From assembly GCF_021028975.2 (NCBI RefSeq), contig NC_059430.1:102176001-102240000 (forward strand): a stretch of DNA of 64,000 bases, written 5' to 3'. A program made the position numbers and the translations under genes. Every line of letters starts with the position of its first letter. Within the stretch, counting starts at the first letter, position 1. The notes under the pieces were generated by a model that worked only from the letters and a program-made list of their open reading frames with translations, ran no database searches and was not told where the DNA came from. Shown one piece after another: positions 59,841 to 64,000 of the stretch. The stretch comes from Sphaerodactylus townsendi (lineage: Eukaryota).

Positions 59841-61097
59841 CTGTTATTGACTTTCTCATGCCTGCCATTGGTTCTGAGCAGCTTCAGGCATGCTGTTTTT
59901 CTGCGTGTTGTGAAAGACGGGGAATGTTAACCACCTCTTCGAGGATTATTTATTTATTTGGTTCAGTTTATACGCCGCCCTCCCCAAAAGGGCTCAGGGT
60001 TTGATTGGTCCCTATTGGGCGTGTGGGGCTTCCATCACACTGACTCACTTGACCGCAAGACATCGGTCTCCTAACCTGGATGGCTTTTGATTAGAAAACC
60101 AAAATCAAGCAAACTTTGTCCTTGTGTTGACCTGATGGATATGGAAACATACGGAAGGGCTGGGACTCTCAAGATGAGACAGAGAGAGCTGAGATACTTG
60201 AAATTTCATTGCGTGCCAGACTATTGGTTGATCTCACTCTCCGAGATCTTAAGCAGAGGATTTTTCCCAGCACTTGTTACTTGAGATCTGGGAGAGATGA
60301 GGTGCAGGTGGGAAGGGTAAGAAGAGGGTTGGCCTTGTCTAGTGCTGTCTAAAGGGATCAACAGACAGACTCAAGATTGCTTGGCTGTGAATGGTGCTTT
60401 GCTACTGATTAGCAGTTTATTTGATGATGGAAAGACTTCAAAGTGGGAAAAAATACAATCTCATTGGTGGGCTGATGAGTGGCTTCCTGCCCTTTCCAGC
60501 TCTTGTACTGTCACTCTGTGTTCCCAGCTCTTTGCGAATCAGAACCAGTTATGTTCATTATGCATATGTTTGCTAACTGTGCATAATATGCTATTTCCAG
60601 GATCCCAGGTTAAAAAAACAACATGCAGGGAGGAGGAAGGGGGCCATTTTGTCAAACAGGAGTGGGCAGGAACTAAAAAAAATGTAAAGCAAGGCACAGA
60701 AGATGACTCTGGCAAACATTTCCCACTGCTGGAGCTTCTCTTGTGCGTCTCCCGAGCTTCTGAGATTTCACCAGGCACATTTGCAAAGACTCTATAATTA
60801 CTAGAAATTAGATTTGCCGGAATACGTGACAGAGTCAGCCTGTCTCCAGTGCAGCAGTTTTGCAAATGCTCATAGCAAGATGTGAGGAGTGAAGGAAGAT
60901 AGCTGAATCATCTGCTTGTTTTGGTGAACCAGAGTTAGTGATGTCCATAATAATAATAATAATAATAATAATACCCAAAAACATTGGACAGCTCTTTAAC
61001 CACCTCCATATTAATAAAATCTCCACCTGTCAATTACAAAAGGTCACATTGCTTAGATCTATACATATACTATGCTGATACATTATGACATCCTAGC

Positions 61098-61382
61098 GAG
61101 CCAGCATGGTGTACTGGTTAAGAGCAGGTGGATTCTGATATGGAGAACTGGGTTTGATTCCCCACTCCTCCACCTGAGTGGAGGAGGCTTATTGGGTGAA
61201 CCAGATGTGTTTCCGCACTCCTACATTCCTGCTGGGTGACCTTGGGCTAGTCGCCGTTCTTTCAGCACACTCTCAACCCCACCTACCTCACAAGGTGTCT
61301 GTTGTGGGGAGAGGAAGGGAAAGGAGCTTGTAAGGAGAGGAAGGTGGGGTATAAATCCAAAATCATCTTTTTTTTTCTTCTT
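61098..61382 (+). mobile_element. Squam3-like SINE
   Basis: Family match. Confidence 0.88.
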
Positions 61383-61461
61383 GGGAAGAACCAACGTGCA
61401 TGAAGGCCAACACCAGCTAAAGATCTGGCGGCTGTGATTTAATATAATAATAACAACAACT

Positions 61462-61682
61462 GTGTGTTGTCAAGTTGCAACCAATTAATGGGGATTTCAG
61501 GACCATGGAATGTTCACAGGAAGAGAGGACTAGAGGTGGTTTGCCATTGCCTGCCTCTGCATAGCAACCATTGCCTGCCTCTGCCTCTGCATAGCATAGC
61601 ATGTCTTCTTTGGTGATCTCCCATACAAGTACTTACCATGCGTAGGCTCTCAGTTCTGATGAGATTAGGCCACACTATGGTA
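61462..61682 (-). mobile_element. 5S rRNA-derived SINE with an internal duplication, followed by a half hAT MITE (61684-61750)
   Basis: gtggtttgccattgcc tail; ccattgcctgcctctgc duplicated. Confidence 0.65.
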
Positions 61683-64000
61683 TCATGCTGGCAGGGGATG
61701 ATAGGAACTGTAGTCCATAACATCTGGAGGGCCGCGAGTTTGACACCTGTGCATGATTATAACCTGTGCATGAATCTGCACTGATTATCAGTTATACTAA
61801 AGAAATATAAAGTACAACTGGAGATAAAACAATCTTGAATTCACCCAATCTTTTCATCAATCACATAATTATTAAATTTGAAATTAATTGTCAATATCTG
61901 TACATATTAAAACATAAGATATGCTTAAATTTGTTCACTTATACTTTGAAGTCATAATAACAACTTTTAAGTGTGGATGGAACTTTACATTTTATAATAC
62001 TCAGAGTAGGACTCCCATTTTGCTCTAAATTCATGTCCTGATCTTCTGTTCACAAAATTAGTTTTGCCATGCCATTTTACCTTCCCAACTCTCTTGCGTG
62101 GGAGCTCTGTCTGCTCTCCAGGTGGAAGCAATGGTAATTCTTTCTGCAGTTTTTAGATACAGAAATAGTTCTTGTTGGTGCTTTGGTAAGTTTTTTGGTA
62201 GAAGACTTTAGGGTCCATTTGAAATGTGATCTTTAAGATTTTTTTGCATGGATTAATATCCCATTTTTTAAAAATCTTGATGCAAGTCCACCCCACATGG
62301 AAGAAAGAGCCAGCCTCTGAGATCTGATGAGAAAGGGCTAGCCAGCACTATCCAGATCAGGAAATCAGGAATGTCCGTATGTTCCCATTCCTCCGTATCA
62401 GTTTAAATTTTTGCACTGTAGCCCCTTTTTTTGAACATATTCAGCTTCTTTCTGCTGAGTCAGACCTCTGATCCCTCCAGCTGTCCAGGACCTCAAGCAG
62501 AGAGAGCCCCCCCCCCCTCAAAACCAGAGACCCTGAGTAGACAGTGGCTTGATGGCACTTCAGGGGAGTGAAATTGGGCCCTTCAGCATCCAAAGCATGA
62601 CCTTTGTTGGTGCGCATCTGCACCACCCCAATCCTGGCATCCTGGTGTGGGAGAGTTCAGAGGGGAGAGGTTAAGCTGTGCTCCTTGAATTGGACAGTAA
62701 AAAAGAAACCTACCCTCGGATTTGCCAGTGTTTTCCTTATAGAGGCTTGGGGGAGTGGAGGAAAGACCGCAATGAGCACCGGAAGCTTCTAGTCCCCAGC
62801 GTTGTGAAAGTTTTGTGACTTCTTTACTGTCTTCTCGGGTTACAGGAGGGTGACGGGGTGGGGTGGAATCCCTCAGCCTCTGTTTTGCTGAGTTCACAGG
62901 AAGTGAAAACAAAGTCAGGAAAGAATCTGTCTCAGTCAGCTGGATTTACACCACAGGGGTTTAGTGCTTGGAAATACTGGCGGGGTCTTCTCCCTGGGTG
63001 GAGTGCCGTGCCGCTTTGTTTTCACTGCTTGAGAGGGCTGCATGGCCCTTCTCAGTGCCAAGCACACTGTGTGGGCAGGCTGAGTTTATCTTGGCTCCTT
63101 TCTCCCCCTTTGCCACCTCATAAACATGGCTTAAAAGTCTACTTTTAATCTCCTGCCATGGCGGGTTCCCCTATTGCGGTTTTTCTTTTCTTTTCTTTTT
63201 TAATGGGAATATAATGAGGTTATGTATAGGCAATGAAAGCCACTGCGCCATGGAGGGGCTGGACCCTTGGGGCTGCTGTTGTTGCCGTGACCTCGTCTTT
63301 CATTGCCCCTGATCCTGTCAAGACTGAAAAAGAGACTTGAAAATTGAAAAGGGAGAAGGGAAAGGGGGGAAAAGCAGCTTTGAGACCAGTTTCAGTTTTT
63401 TCCCTCAGCTATCAAAATAGCCGTTTTGTGTCTCTGCGCCTGAAAATGAAGCAGGTGCTTGGTGGGTGGTGTGAGCAATGCGCAGACTTCGGTGTAGCAT
63501 TACCTCCTTGGCCACCATCCACTTGCTAGGCTGTTCTTCCACTCTCTGAGAGAATCTCTTTGTATCTTTGGAGGGTTTGTCACCCAGCAGTATCTGGTTT
63601 GGCTTATTTTCCTGTGGCCGTGTGGTACTTACAGCAGAATCCATCTTTCTGTCGTGGTGTTTGATGGAATCTCTTTTTCTGAAGGCTCTGAACTGGCTGT
63701 CTGGAATTTTCTGTGTCATCTTCAAACTTCTAGGCCTTAGTTTTGAACCCTTGCCTAAAAAGAAGGGGTACTTTACAAGCTGTGAGGAGGGGGGCAGCTG
63801 AATGACTGTCAAAATCAGTCATACAAGACCTTGCACTGGGGGGTTGCACTGAGCATGCCAACAACTGCAAAAAACCCCCAACGCAACAGACCCCCGCTTT
63901 ATTAAATATTTCATTTGGCAGGAACAGTAAAGGAACAGAATGGCAGAAAAGGCACTAGGAGCATTTTTAATGAAGAAAAATGAGTTTGTCAAGTTTGTCA

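Overview
Vertebrate genomic DNA, most likely a squamate and probably a gecko, judging from the SINE families. The whole window lies inside one + strand gene, the spectraplakin MACF1 (ACF7). I traced 29 consecutive GT-AG coding exons by hand (1131-58819). They run from the end of the plakin region through a 5,475-nt plectin-repeat exon (MACF1b-type five-exon cassette) into the spectrin-repeat rod. Both gene ends lie outside the window. One exon (33100-33227) has an apparent +1 frameshift. The introns are packed with TEs: Squam3-like CORE SINEs, 5S-derived SINEs, CR1/L2/RTE/L1 fragments, hAT MITEs with 8-bp TSDs, a young CpG-rich solo LTR with a 5-bp TSD, and Penelope-like inverted repeats with recognisable hammerhead-ribozyme relics. 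Candidate unannotated splicing elements are an internal first exon encoding MANPTIL, a hairpin-embedded poison exon and a UG-flanked cryptic acceptor. There are two N gaps. I found no prokaryote-type system or CRISPR array. Family names and comparisons with human MACF1 are from memory, not from database searches, and TE boundaries without TSDs are approximate.
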